This document shows positions 51,883 to 63,708 of a stretch of 64,000 nucleotides of DNA, one piece after another (position 1 is the stretch's first letter; the number at the start of each line of letters is the position of its first letter). Position numbers and translations under genes: made by a program. Origin of the DNA: an uncultured Mycoplasmatota bacterium (GTDB lineage Bacteria; Bacillota_I; Bacilli_A; RF39; UBA660); the NCBI GenBank assembly GCA_900547465.1, contig URHJ01000001.1, positions 20,341-84,340 on the forward strand, given 5' to 3'. Under the pieces are notes generated by a model, which was not told the DNA's origin, ran no database searches, and saw only the letters and a list, made by a program, of their open reading frames with translations.

Positions 51883-51891
51883 TGTGGATAT
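51883..51891. promoter_or_regulatory. DnaA-box-like 9-mer next to parS site 4
   Basis: TGTGGATAT, 8/9 to the complement of TTATCCACA. It lies 5 bp upstream of parS site 4. Confidence 0.45.
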
Positions 51892-51896
51892 TTTAA

Positions 51897-51912
51897 TGTT
51901 TCACGTGAAACA
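51897..51912. promoter_or_regulatory. parS site 4 (perfect)
   Basis: TGTTTCACGTGAAACA. Confidence 0.7.
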
Positions 51913-52101
51913 TTAAAACACCTATATTATAATCGTACTTCTTTTTCAATATAGTAAAAACAAATAAATTTATTAACATTTTCTGTGTAAAATTCCATTA
52001 CTTAAATAACTTCACTGTTACACTATTGTATATATCAATATAACAAGTGAATTATTTTTATTTTAACAAAATTACTTAAAAATAATCATTGTTACAAATA
52101 A

Positions 52102-52117
52102 AGTTTCACGTGAAACA
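52102..52117. promoter_or_regulatory. parS site 5 (15/16)
   Basis: AGTTTCACGTGAAACA. Confidence 0.6.
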
Positions 52118-52157
52118 TACAGGTAAAACTATTTTAATGATGTATATTTTTTTAGAT

Positions 52158-52166
52158 TGTGGAAAA
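52158..52166. promoter_or_regulatory. DnaA-box-like 9-mer next to parS site 6
   Basis: TGTGGAAAA, 3 bp upstream of parS site 6. Confidence 0.45.
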
Positions 52167-52169
52167 CAA

Positions 52170-52185
52170 TGTTTCACGTGAAACA
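52170..52185. promoter_or_regulatory. parS site 6 (perfect)
   Basis: TGTTTCACGTGAAACA. Confidence 0.7.
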
Positions 52186-52273
52186 TAAAAACTTTATCTC
52201 AGATTATAACATAATACATTACTTAAGTTTTTCTATCCTTTTCTAAATTTTCTTACAAAATAACTATAAAGAT

Positions 52274-52289
52274 TATTTCCCGGGAAATA
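52274..52289. promoter_or_regulatory. Noc-binding-site (NBS) palindrome
   Basis: TATTTCCCGGGAAATA (perfect), within the 22-bp palindrome GATTATTTCCCGGGAAATAATC at 52271-52292. Confidence 0.55.
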
Positions 52290-52368
52290 ATCTGCCTATT
52301 TTTTTTATTTGTATAAATAAAATTTCCACAAGAAATATTTCCCAAACAATACTATATTTACTCTTAAT

Positions 52369-52384
52369 TATTTCCCAGGAAATA
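52369..52384. promoter_or_regulatory. NBS-like palindrome (15/16)
   Basis: TATTTCCCAGGAAATA, about 25 bp past the gyrA stop codon. Confidence 0.4.
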
Positions 52385-52409
52385 ATTGCAAAAAAAAAGA
52401 AGCTTTTAA

Positions 52410-54875
52410 TTACACTTCTTTTTCCACAATTTCAGATTCACTTTCATTATATTCTGTCAAATTTTCTTTTTCCACAACTGCAACAGTAGATACTTTTTGA
52501 TCATCTTTTAAATTAATTAATCTAACACCTTGAGTAGCACGTTTTAAAGTTGAAATTTGTTCCAAAGGCATTTTCATAATAATACCACTATTGGTAATAA
52601 TCATAACATCATAATTATCTTCAACATCAATACATTTTAAAGCAACCATCATACCATTTTTATCAGTTACATTTAAAGCTTTGACACCCTTACTACCACG
52701 ATGTGTTAATCTATATTCATCAATAAATGTTTGTTTACCATAACCATTTTCAGTAACAATTAAAATCTTTTGACCAGGTTTAATAACCTCTGCACCAACA
52801 ACATAACTATCACCTAAATCAATACCTTTTACACCAGATGCAGTTCTACCCATAGATCTAATATCATTTTCATCAAATCTTACCATTCTACCATTAGAAG
52901 CACCTATAACAATTTCATCTTTTCCACAGGTTTTTCTAACACTAATTAATTCATCATTTTCCTTTAAACTTATAGCGATCTTTCCACTTTTTCTAATATT
53001 GTCAAATTCAGATAACTCAGTTCTCTTAACAACACCATTTTTAGTAGCAAACATTAAGTATTTAGCTGTTTCTTCCTTAGAATCTAGACATATAATCGAA
53101 CTAATGTTCTCATCTTTATCCAACTCTAATAAATTAATAATTGGTAATCCCTTAGATTGCCTACTAAATTCAGGTATTTCATAACCTTTTAATCTATATA
53201 CCCTACCCTTATTAGAGAAGAATAATATATAATCATGTGTCTTCATAGGTATTAAATGTTCAACGAAATCTTCTTCATTTGTAGCCATACCTTTAACACC
53301 AACACCACCACGATTTTGAGTTCTATAAGTATCAGATTTCAATCTCTTAATATAACCCTTATTTGTTAATGTAACAATAATATCTTCAACAGGTATCAAA
53401 GACTCATCTTCTATATACTCAATAGCAGTCATATCAATAGCAGTTCTACGTTCATCACCATACTTATTTTTGATTTCTGTCATTTCATCCTTAATGATAG
53501 CTAAAACCTTCTCTTCACTAGCTAAAATTGCCTTTAACTCCTCTATTTCAGCCAATAAATCCTTTAATTCATTTTCTATTTTATCTCTTTCCAAACCAGT
53601 CAATCTTCTAAGTTTCATTTCCAAAATTGCCTGAGATTGTTTTTCAGATAAATTATACTTACTCATAAGGCCTTTCATAGCCTCTTCATCACTTTTTGAT
53701 CCTCTAATCAATTGGATAATAGCATCAATATGATCTAAAGCTATCTTTAATCCCTCTAAAATATGAGCTCTAGCCTCATCTTTATTTAAATCAAATCTAG
53801 TACGTCTTACAATTATTTCCTTTTGGTAATCAACATACTTAGAAATAATATCCTTTAAACCTAAAGTTTTTGGAACTCCTTGATCAAGCATCAAGAAAAT
53901 AATTCCATAATTAGTTTGAAAAGAAGTATGTTTATATAAATTATTCAACACTACTTGTGGATTAGCATCCTTTTTTAAAGTAATAGTAATCTTAACACCA
54001 TCTTTTAAATCAGTATGATAATCAGATATACCATCAATTACTTTATTATGAACCAATTCAGCAACCTTATTTTTCAAATCCAAAGTATTAACACCATAAG
54101 GAACCTCATCAATTATGATATAATGTTTACCCTTTTCTTCTTCTATTCGAGCCTTACTTCTAATAGTTATAGACCCACGACCAGTTTCATAAGCCTTCTT
54201 TATACCACTATTACCTAATATCGTTGCCCCTGTTGGAAAATCAGGTCCTTTAATATATTGCATTAAACCATCTACATCTATATCTGGGTTATCAATATAA
54301 GCAATACAACCGTCAATAACTTCACCCAAATTATGAGGAGGAATATTTGTAGCCATACCAACTGCAATACCCATTGTACCATTTACCAAAATATTAGGAA
54401 ATCTTGAAGGAAGTATAGTTGGTTCCTTCTCTGTTTCATCAAAGTTAGGTATAAAATCTACAGTATCTTTATTAATATTTCTAAGTAATTCCAAAGCAAT
54501 TTTTGATAAACGAGATTCAGTATAACGCATTGCTGCAGCACCATATCCCTCAATATTACCAAAATTACCATGTCCATCAACAAGCATATTTCTATAAGAA
54601 AAATCTTGGGCCATACGAACCATAGCCTCATAAATACTTGAATCACCATGAGGATGATATTTACCCATAACATCTCCGACAATTCTTGCACTCTTTTTAT
54701 GAGGTTTATCAGGAGTATAACCTGACTCATACATAGAATAAAGAATACGTCTATGAACCGGTTTTAAACCATCCCTAAGATCAGGTAATGCACGAGCAAC
54801 TATAACACTCATAGAATACTCTAAAAAAGAATCTCTTACTTCATTTACAATATTATTTTTTTCTAATCTATCCAC
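52410..54875 (-). CDS. gyrA: DNA gyrase subunit A
   Basis: 821 aa. Active-site region ..AAAMRYTE.., C-terminal beta-pinwheel repeats. gyrB-gyrA order. Confidence 0.95.
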   Translation of the reverse strand: MDRLEKNNIVNEVRDSFLEYSMSVIVARALPDLRDGLKPVHRRILYSMYESGYTPDKPHKKSARIVGDVMGKYHPHGDSSIYEAMVRMAQDFSYRNMLVDGHGNFGNIEGYGAAAMRYTESRLSKIALELLRNINKDTVDFIPNFDETEKEPTILPSRFPNILVNGTMGIAVGMATNIPPHNLGEVIDGCIAYIDNPDIDVDGLMQYIKGPDFPTGATILGNSGIKKAYETGRGSITIRSKARIEEEKGKHYIIIDEVPYGVNTLDLKNKVAELVHNKVIDGISDYHTDLKDGVKITITLKKDANPQVVLNNLYKHTSFQTNYGIIFLMLDQGVPKTLGLKDIISKYVDYQKEIIVRRTRFDLNKDEARAHILEGLKIALDHIDAIIQLIRGSKSDEEAMKGLMSKYNLSEKQSQAILEMKLRRLTGLERDKIENELKDLLAEIEELKAILASEEKVLAIIKDEMTEIKNKYGDERRTAIDMTAIEYIEDESLIPVEDIIVTLTNKGYIKRLKSDTYRTQNRGGVGVKGMATNEEDFVEHLIPMKTHDYILFFSNKGRVYRLKGYEIPEFSRQSKGLPIINLLELDKDENISSIICLDSKEETAKYLMFATKNGVVKRTELSEFDNIRKSGKIAISLKENDELISVRKTCGKDEIVIGASNGRMVRFDENDIRSMGRTASGVKGIDLGDSYVVGAEVIKPGQKILIVTENGYGKQTFIDEYRLTHRGSKGVKALNVTDKNGMMVALKCIDVEDNYDVMIITNSGIIMKMPLEQISTLKRATQGVRLINLKDDQKVSTVAVVEKENLTEYNESESEIVEKEV

Positions 54876-54887
54876 TTCAAAAACCTC

Positions 54888-57928
<3,041 letters not shown>

Positions 57929-58062
57929 TTTTACTCATAAAATGACCCATACAATCACCTATCCCCTATTTTGGTATTCCTATACATACATCTATATTAT
58001 AGCATAATTGAGCTTATTTTGCACTAAAAAAAGACTTCTTAATAGCCTTTTTTTCATTATTT

Positions 58063-58503
58063 TTATGCATTTCTATTTCTCATTATTAAATCTAATCTAG
58101 AAGCTCTTAAAATTTGATTATCCATAGTTCTTTTAGAAACAGGAATATTAATAGAAACACCATTATTAAATATAACATCAGTTGTATTAAAATCCCCTTC
58201 TTTAATACTCTTTATTGATTTTAAAGAAAGCCATGAACAATCATCAGATATTGGTGAATTTGTTGGAAAAAATATCAAATTTCTACTATTATCCACAATA
58301 ATTGGAACTTTATAATTAATATGTAATATCTCTTTAGTTCCTTCCTTTCTTCCTTCATAAGAAGATCCAAAATACCTACAACTATGATCCACTACATCAA
58401 ATGGTAAAGAATCAACAACATATTTTTTGTCATCTTCTAGTATTAAAGATTTCTTATTTTTGGCTAAAATAGCTAATGTCCCCTCATTAATTTCATAATT
58501 CAT
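58063..58503 (-). CDS. comK: ComK-family transcription factor homolog (short form)
   Basis: 146 aa with long colinear matches to B. subtilis ComK: VDHSCRYFGSSYEGRKEGT vs VDRSCRFFGSSYAGRKAGT, KVPIIVDNSRNLIFFPTNS vs KPPIMVDPSNQIFLFPTLS, and TDVIFNNGVSINIPVS..DNQILRASRL vs TEVTFSNGKTMELPIS..ENQVYRTAWL. It lacks the last ~45 aa of B. subtilis ComK. Confidence 0.7.
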   Translation of the reverse strand: MNYEINEGTLAILAKNKKSLILEDDKKYVVDSLPFDVVDHSCRYFGSSYEGRKEGTKEILHINYKVPIIVDNSRNLIFFPTNSPISDDCSWLSLKSIKSIKEGDFNTTDVIFNNGVSINIPVSKRTMDNQILRASRLDLIMRNRNA

Positions 58504-58627
58504 ATATATTATCCCCCTCTGAAAACTTTCGCGTTTTCACTCACAAAAATATCATATTTATTTGTCGGAATATGTTGAAATTTGTAGAAATGAGTAAAAA
58601 AATGCAAAAAAAAACAGATAAACTGTT

Positions 58628-59758
58628 TTAATATGTACGAATTGGTAAGACTAATTGTGTTAAAGTTTCATCTTCACTAGATTTTACTAATATTGGTTTA
58701 ATCTCTCCAACAAAGTGAATTTCCACAGTTTCTGTTGAAAAAGATTTTAACGCCTCCATCATATACTTTGCAGAGAATGAAATTCTAATTTCTTCTTCAT
58801 TATTTTTTGTAATATTCATTTTTTCCTCTACTCTACCAATTTCTTGTGATGAAGATTTTAAAGTAAGTACATTACCATTAGTTTCCAAAGTAACTATATT
58901 TTTATCTTTATCACTAGTCAAAATACTAGCTCTATCTATAACATTATATAAATCATTTAATTTAGTATAAACAATTAAGAAATCCTCTTTAGGCATTAAA
59001 TTTGATGTATTAGGATATGTACCATTTATTAATCTTGATTGAAACTTCAAATTCTTATAAATAAATAGAACTTTGTTATTAGAAATATGCATTTCAACAT
59101 TACCCTCTTCATCATCATCTAGTATTCTCGTAAATTCTAAAATATTATGACTAGGTATTACAATATTAAAGTTTTCTTCACTAGATTTTTCTAACTTAAC
59201 AACTTTATTTGCTAAACGATAAGAATCTGTTGAATTACATTCTAGAACATCTCCCACTATATTAAAGTTAATTCCAGTTAATACAGGCTTAGTTTCTTCA
59301 TTAGATGATGCAAAAGCAGTTTGATTGACAATATTTTTAAATACTTTATTATTAATAGTTACTTTTTTCTTACTTTCATCTAAATTAATATTAGGATATT
59401 CATCTTCACTAATACCATTTAAACTAAATTCACTATTTTCAGTATATATTAGTATTTTTAATTCATCAAATACTTCTATATTAATATATTTATCTGGTAA
59501 TTTTCTGACAATATCTAACATATACTTTCCAGAAACAATAATACTACCTTCTTTTTCAACTCTAAAATCATCTTCATTAGTTGAAGTAACAACAGTTTGA
59601 ATCGTAATATCATTATCACTTGCTGTTAAAGTTAATTTCTTCTTTTTTAAATCAAATTTTATTCCAGCTAAAACGGGGATTAAGTTTTTTGTAGAAATAG
59701 CTTTTGATACTTTATTTAAACCATCTAATAATAAATCTTTTTTTATAGTTAATTTCAT
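58628..59758 (-). CDS. dnaN: DNA polymerase III beta sliding clamp
   Basis: 376 aa, three-domain clamp, directly after dnaA. Confidence 0.9.
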   Translation of the reverse strand: MKLTIKKDLLLDGLNKVSKAISTKNLIPVLAGIKFDLKKKKLTLTASDNDITIQTVVTSTNEDDFRVEKEGSIIVSGKYMLDIVRKLPDKYINIEVFDELKILIYTENSEFSLNGISEDEYPNINLDESKKKVTINNKVFKNIVNQTAFASSNEETKPVLTGINFNIVGDVLECNSTDSYRLANKVVKLEKSSEENFNIVIPSHNILEFTRILDDDEEGNVEMHISNNKVLFIYKNLKFQSRLINGTYPNTSNLMPKEDFLIVYTKLNDLYNVIDRASILTSDKDKNIVTLETNGNVLTLKSSSQEIGRVEEKMNITKNNEEEIRISFSAKYMMEALKSFSTETVEIHFVGEIKPILVKSSEDETLTQLVLPIRTY

Positions 59759-59786
59759 TTTTAATTCCTTCTTTCTTTTTATTAAT

Positions 59787-59878
59787 TATGGATATTTATA
59801 TTATTACTGTGGAAAAAGTGTATAACTCAATTTTCTCCTATAAAATAAGTAATTTCTTTAATTTTGTCCTGTGGATTA
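59787..59878. promoter_or_regulatory. DnaA-box cluster in the dnaA-dnaN intergenic region
   Basis: TATGGATAT (59787-59795), TGTGGAAAA (59808-59816), TGTGGATTA (59870-59878) within a 131-bp AT-rich gap. Confidence 0.45.
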
Positions 59879-59889
59879 ATTGTTAATTA

Positions 59890-61293
59890 TTACATTTTAT
59901 TAACAACTCCTGTTCCTATATCATTTTTGAGCTTTTCAATAATTTTTGCCAAATCAGGATTAACTTTTATTTCCTGTTCTATTTTTTCAACTGAATGCAT
60001 TACCGTAGAATGGTCTTTTCCACCAAATTCTGTTCCTATCTTGGGAAATGACTCATTTGTCATTAATCTACATAAATACATTGCAATTTGCCTAGGAAAT
60101 GATATATTAGAACTTCTCTTTTTACTTCTAATATCTTCAACAGTAATCTGAAAATACTCTGAAACTATCTTTTGTATTCTATGAACATCGTTTTTTTCAG
60201 AAATTCCTTTACTGATAAAGTCTTTCAAGGCCTCTATTGCTAAATCAAGTGTGATATCTGCCCCACCCATTATAGTTGAATAAGCAATTAATCTTGTAAT
60301 AGACCCCTCTAATTGTCTCACATCTGTACCAATATTGGAAGCAATATATTCAATGACATCTTCAGGAATTTCCTTTTCAAAGTTACCAGCAATAATTTTT
60401 CTTCTAATAATTTGTGTTCTAAGATTAAAATCAGGAGGAAAAATATTAACCGTTAATCCCCAACAAAACCTTGTTCTTAAACGATCTTCTAACAATTTTA
60501 AATCATCAGGTGACCTATCAGAAGATATAATAATTTGTTTACTATCATTATATAAAGTATTGAAAGTATGGAAAAATTCTTGTTGTGTTTGAGTAGCTCC
60601 ACCAAGAAATTGAATATCATCAATAATCAAAACATCAACGTTACGATACTTATTTTTAAAGAAGTCAACATAATTAAAGTTAACACCCTTCTCATCTCTC
60701 TTATTTATACCAACAAAATCTTGAATAAATTGATCACTCGTAACATATAAAACTTTTTGAGTACTATTATGTGTAATATAATTCCCAATCGCATGCATTA
60801 AGTGAGTTTTACCTAACCCACTATTACCATATATAAATAAAGGATTATACATATTACCAGGATTTTCCGCAACAGATAAAGCTGCAGCATGAGCAAATTT
60901 ATTACTATTTCCAACAATAAAGTTCTCAAACGTATATTTACTTTTTAAATTAGATTTGAAATTATTAGGGGGAACCCCTTTATTTTCAACCATTTCATTA
61001 CCTGGTACATGGATTTTCTTATCATCAGCATCTTCATATTTAGATATTTCATCACTTAGTACAAATTCTAAATCAAAGTTGGTACCAGTAATACTATTCA
61101 TTTTTTCCTTTATTAATAAGGAATATTTCTCAGCAAGGTGTTTCTTATGAATAGGCATAGGAACAATAATTATAGCCTTTCCATCATTTAACTTAAATAG
61201 TTTAGTATCACTAAACCAAGTATCATAGGCAAGACTGGAAAGTTCATCTTTTATTTGTGCTAAAAAATTGGACCATAAAACATCCACATTCAT
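59890..61293 (-). CDS. dnaA: Chromosomal replication initiator DnaA
   Basis: 467 aa. Walker A GNSGLGKTHL, C-terminal DNA-binding helix-turn-helix (..DHSTVMHS..). Confidence 0.95.
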   Translation of the reverse strand: MNVDVLWSNFLAQIKDELSSLAYDTWFSDTKLFKLNDGKAIIIVPMPIHKKHLAEKYSLLIKEKMNSITGTNFDLEFVLSDEISKYEDADDKKIHVPGNEMVENKGVPPNNFKSNLKSKYTFENFIVGNSNKFAHAAALSVAENPGNMYNPLFIYGNSGLGKTHLMHAIGNYITHNSTQKVLYVTSDQFIQDFVGINKRDEKGVNFNYVDFFKNKYRNVDVLIIDDIQFLGGATQTQQEFFHTFNTLYNDSKQIIISSDRSPDDLKLLEDRLRTRFCWGLTVNIFPPDFNLRTQIIRRKIIAGNFEKEIPEDVIEYIASNIGTDVRQLEGSITRLIAYSTIMGGADITLDLAIEALKDFISKGISEKNDVHRIQKIVSEYFQITVEDIRSKKRSSNISFPRQIAMYLCRLMTNESFPKIGTEFGGKDHSTVMHSVEKIEQEIKVNPDLAKIIEKLKNDIGTGVVNKM

Positions 61294-61390
61294 ACAACCA
61301 TCTCCCCATCAAGATAAATAAATCACAACTAGTGTAACCCAATTTGTTGAAAAAATAAATAGTAAAAATTGTTTTTTTATTTTCAACAGG

Positions 61391-61462
61391 CTTTCCACAA
61401 AGTTATCAACAAATAAATGTGAATAAAATAAAGGTATTTTTATATTTTCCACATTTTCCACA
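61391..61462. promoter_or_regulatory. oriC DnaA-box cluster between dnaA and rpmH, at the strand-switch point
   Basis: CTTTCCACA (61391-61399), TTATCAACA (61403-61411), and two abutting perfect TTTTCCACA boxes (61445-61453, 61454-61462). Also an inverted repeat GGACAA-a-TTGTCC at 61531-61543. All genes to the left are minus-strand and all to the right are plus-strand. Confidence 0.6.
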
Positions 61463-61551
61463 AATTTTATTAAACATGTGTCTAATTTGTTTTCAACAAA
61501 CCTGTTAAAAGTGTGAAAAAAAGAAAAACAGGACAAATTGTCCATATTTAA

Positions 61552-61581
61552 TTGACAAAAATAGGTATTTATTATTATAAT
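61552..61581 (+). promoter_or_regulatory. Putative sigma-A promoter of rpmH
   Basis: TTGACA (61552-61557), an 18-nt spacer, TATAAT (61576-61581), then RBS GGAGGTGG and ATG at 61612. Confidence 0.45.
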
Positions 61582-61611
61582 AATGTAGATTTATGTCTGG
61601 AGGTGGAATAG

Positions 61612-61734
61612 ATGAAAAGAACATATCAACCAAATAATCGTAAAAAAGCAAAAAAACACGGATTTTTTGCACGTAAATTTTCAAAAATCTTAAATAGTCG
61701 TCGTCGTAAAGGACGTAAAAGTCTTTGTAAATAA
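61612..61734 (+). CDS. rpmH: 50S ribosomal protein L34
   Basis: 40 aa: [40 protein letters not shown]. Below the 60-aa cutoff of the ORF track. Followed by rnpA. Confidence 0.85.
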   Translation: MKRTYQPNNRKKAKKHGFFARKFSKILNSRRRKGRKSLCK

Positions 61735-61736
61735 TC

Positions 61737-61763
61737 CACCGTTTTTAAAACAGTGGTTTTTTA
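61737..61763 (+). terminator. Hairpin with a T-run between rpmH and rnpA (partial terminator or attenuator)
   Basis: CCACCG-tttttaaaa-CAGTGG with one mismatch, followed by T6. Confidence 0.3.
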
Positions 61764-61785
61764 CATTATGGATAGGGGTTTTAAG

Positions 61786-62136
61786 ATGAAAAAAAAAGAC
61801 ATTGTAAAATCGCATCAAGATTTTAATAAAATAATCAAAAAAGGTTCAAAAATAGCTAATTCAGCATTTGCTATATATTATAAGGATAATAATATAGGAT
61901 ATAGTCGTTATGGAATTTCAGTTGGAACAAAACTTGGAAATGCAGTATTTAGAAATAGATATAAAAGAAAAATAAGAATGATTGTTACTACTAATATGGA
62001 TATCTTAAAAGAAACAAATACTGATTATGTAATTATTCTAAGAAAAAGTGGGGTAGATATATCCCATGAACAATTAGAAACTAAATTTGTTGAATTAGCA
62101 AAAAAAATAAGGAGCAAAAATGAAAAAAACAAATAA
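61786..62136 (+). CDS. rnpA: Ribonuclease P protein component (start trimmed to MKKKDIVKS; the ORF extends back to 61753)
   Basis: Basic, about 116 aa. rpmH-rnpA-yidC order. Confidence 0.85.
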   Translation: MKKKDIVKSHQDFNKIIKKGSKIANSAFAIYYKDNNIGYSRYGISVGTKLGNAVFRNRYKRKIRMIVTTNMDILKETNTDYVIILRKSGVDISHEQLETKFVELAKKIRSKNEKNK

Positions 62137-63055
62137 CAAGAAAAAAATTATCATAATTTTACTTCTATTATTACTAACAACAGGTTGTACTAAAAATTTA
62201 ACAGATAAAAAGAATAATCCAGTAAAAAATGAAGTAACTGGTCAAAATTTAACTGAAAATATTTTATGTAAACCATCAAATAAAAATGTAATAAAAATAT
62301 ATGAAAAAAACGGTGTAAACATAAAAAAACTTCCAACATGTGATAACTTTAAAATTAATAGTGGAAAATATGAAGGACTATGGACATCAATTTTTGTCAA
62401 ACCATTAGCATTCGTACTATTAAAACTAGGAGAGACAGTTGGAAATTATGCAGTTTCATTAATAATTATAAGTTTAATAATAAGATTAATTGCTTTCCCA
62501 TTTACTAAGAAGACAGCAATGCAATCAGAACTATTAAAAAAGGCACAACCTGAAATAACAAGAATTCAAAATAAATATAAGGATAAACAAGATCAAGAGT
62601 CACTTACAAGACAAAGTCAAGAAATGATGGCTGTATATAAAAAATATAATATTAGCCCTATGTCAGGATGTTTATTCTCAATGATTCAATTACCTTTATT
62701 TATTGCATTCTTTGAAGCAGTACAAAGAACACCAGCAATCTTTGAAGGAAAATTTTTAGGACTACAATTAGGAACAACACCAATGGTAGGATTAACAACC
62801 TCAGGAATTATTACTTATATTATTTTAATGATTTTAATAGCCGCAACAACATTCTATTCATTCAAAATGAATATGTCTGGGAATTCTCTTGATCCAAGTA
62901 TGAAAATGATGCCAGTAATGATGAGTGTTATGATTATAATAACAGCATTGTTTATGCCATCAGCTTTAGGAATATATTGGGTAACAACTAATTTATTTAC
63001 AATATTCCAAAATATTTCAGTAAAAAGGAGTAAAGAGAAGTATGGAAAAGCATAA
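62120..63055 (+). CDS. yidC: Membrane protein insertase YidC/SpoIIIJ, lipoprotein type
   Basis: 311 aa. Lipobox LLTTGC, 5 TM helices of the Oxa1 fold. Confidence 0.85.
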   Translation: MKKTNNKKKIIIILLLLLLTTGCTKNLTDKKNNPVKNEVTGQNLTENILCKPSNKNVIKIYEKNGVNIKKLPTCDNFKINSGKYEGLWTSIFVKPLAFVLLKLGETVGNYAVSLIIISLIIRLIAFPFTKKTAMQSELLKKAQPEITRIQNKYKDKQDQESLTRQSQEMMAVYKKYNISPMSGCLFSMIQLPLFIAFFEAVQRTPAIFEGKFLGLQLGTTPMVGLTTSGIITYIILMILIAATTFYSFKMNMSGNSLDPSMKMMPVMMSVMIIITALFMPSALGIYWVTTNLFTIFQNISVKRSKEKYGKA

Positions 63056-63653
63056 TTATTCTGGAAAAACATATGAAGAAGTTCTAGAAAAAGCAAAAAT
63101 AGATTTGCAAGAAACAGAAGATAATTTAATAATAAAAGAAAAAGAAACAACAAAAGGAATCTTTAAAACAAAAAAAATTGAATTAGAAGTAATTGAAAAA
63201 AGAGAAGTAACGAAATTCATAAAAAGCTATTTATACTCATTATTAAAGGACATGGGTTATACTGCAAATATAGAAGTAAAGACAACAGATAATGTTCCAA
63301 CTTATACAATTTATTCTAACAATGACTCATTAATAATTGGTAAAAATGGCAAAAATCTTCAAGCATTATCAATTATCATAACTCAAGTAATAAAGAAAGA
63401 ATTAGGCAAAAACTTTAAATTCCTACTAGATGTAAATGACTATAAAACAAAAAGAGAACAAGCCTTACTAACTCTAGCTAGAAAAATTGCAAAAGAAGTA
63501 AAAGATACAAAAGTAGAGGTAAAACTAGATTCTATGAATTCTTATGAAAGAAGAGTAGTACATAATGCATTAGTAAACTATAAACATGTTTATACAGAAA
63601 GTGTAGGAGAAGAACCAAATAGATGTGTTGTTGTAAAACCAAAAGAAGATTAA
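63042..63653 (+). CDS. khpB: RNA-binding protein Jag/KhpB (Jag_N, KH, R3H)
   Basis: 203 aa. C-terminal R3H-like ..YERRVVHNAL.. Position after yidC. Confidence 0.8.
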   Translation: MEKHNYSGKTYEEVLEKAKIDLQETEDNLIIKEKETTKGIFKTKKIELEVIEKREVTKFIKSYLYSLLKDMGYTANIEVKTTDNVPTYTIYSNNDSLIIGKNGKNLQALSIIITQVIKKELGKNFKFLLDVNDYKTKREQALLTLARKIAKEVKDTKVEVKLDSMNSYERRVVHNALVNYKHVYTESVGEEPNRCVVVKPKED

Positions 63654-63708
63654 TTCTTCTTTTTTAGTATAAAACATGCTATAATATATCCGAAAAAGGA
63701 GTGATACT

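Noticed and set aside
51328-52185. Repeated 16-bp palindromes considered as a possible CRISPR array or MITE cluster.
   Set aside because: The repeats are perfect palindromes matching the parS consensus. Spacings are irregular (68-376 bp), there are no cas genes, and there are no uniform spacers. They are interpreted as ParB binding sites.
51171-52409. rRNA operon or tRNA genes expected downstream of gyrA (rrnO in B. subtilis). SRP RNA expected between tadA and dnaX.
   Set aside because: No stretch resembles 16S, 23S or 5S conserved cores (for example GGCTACCTTGTTACGACTT-type ends) or tRNA cloverleaf boxes. The tadA-dnaX gap is only 47 bp, too short for scr.
52420-52476. Two perfect TTTTCCACA 9-mers inside the gyrA 3' end, considered as independent functional DnaA boxes.
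   Set aside because: They encode the V-E-K repeats of the gyrA acidic tail, so they may be coincidental. They are mentioned under the parS finding but not annotated as features.
61309-61545. 78-aa minus-strand ORF between dnaA and rpmH.
   Set aside because: It lies within the DnaA-box cluster of oriC. It has no RBS and an implausible composition, and the region is non-coding in all known origins of this type.
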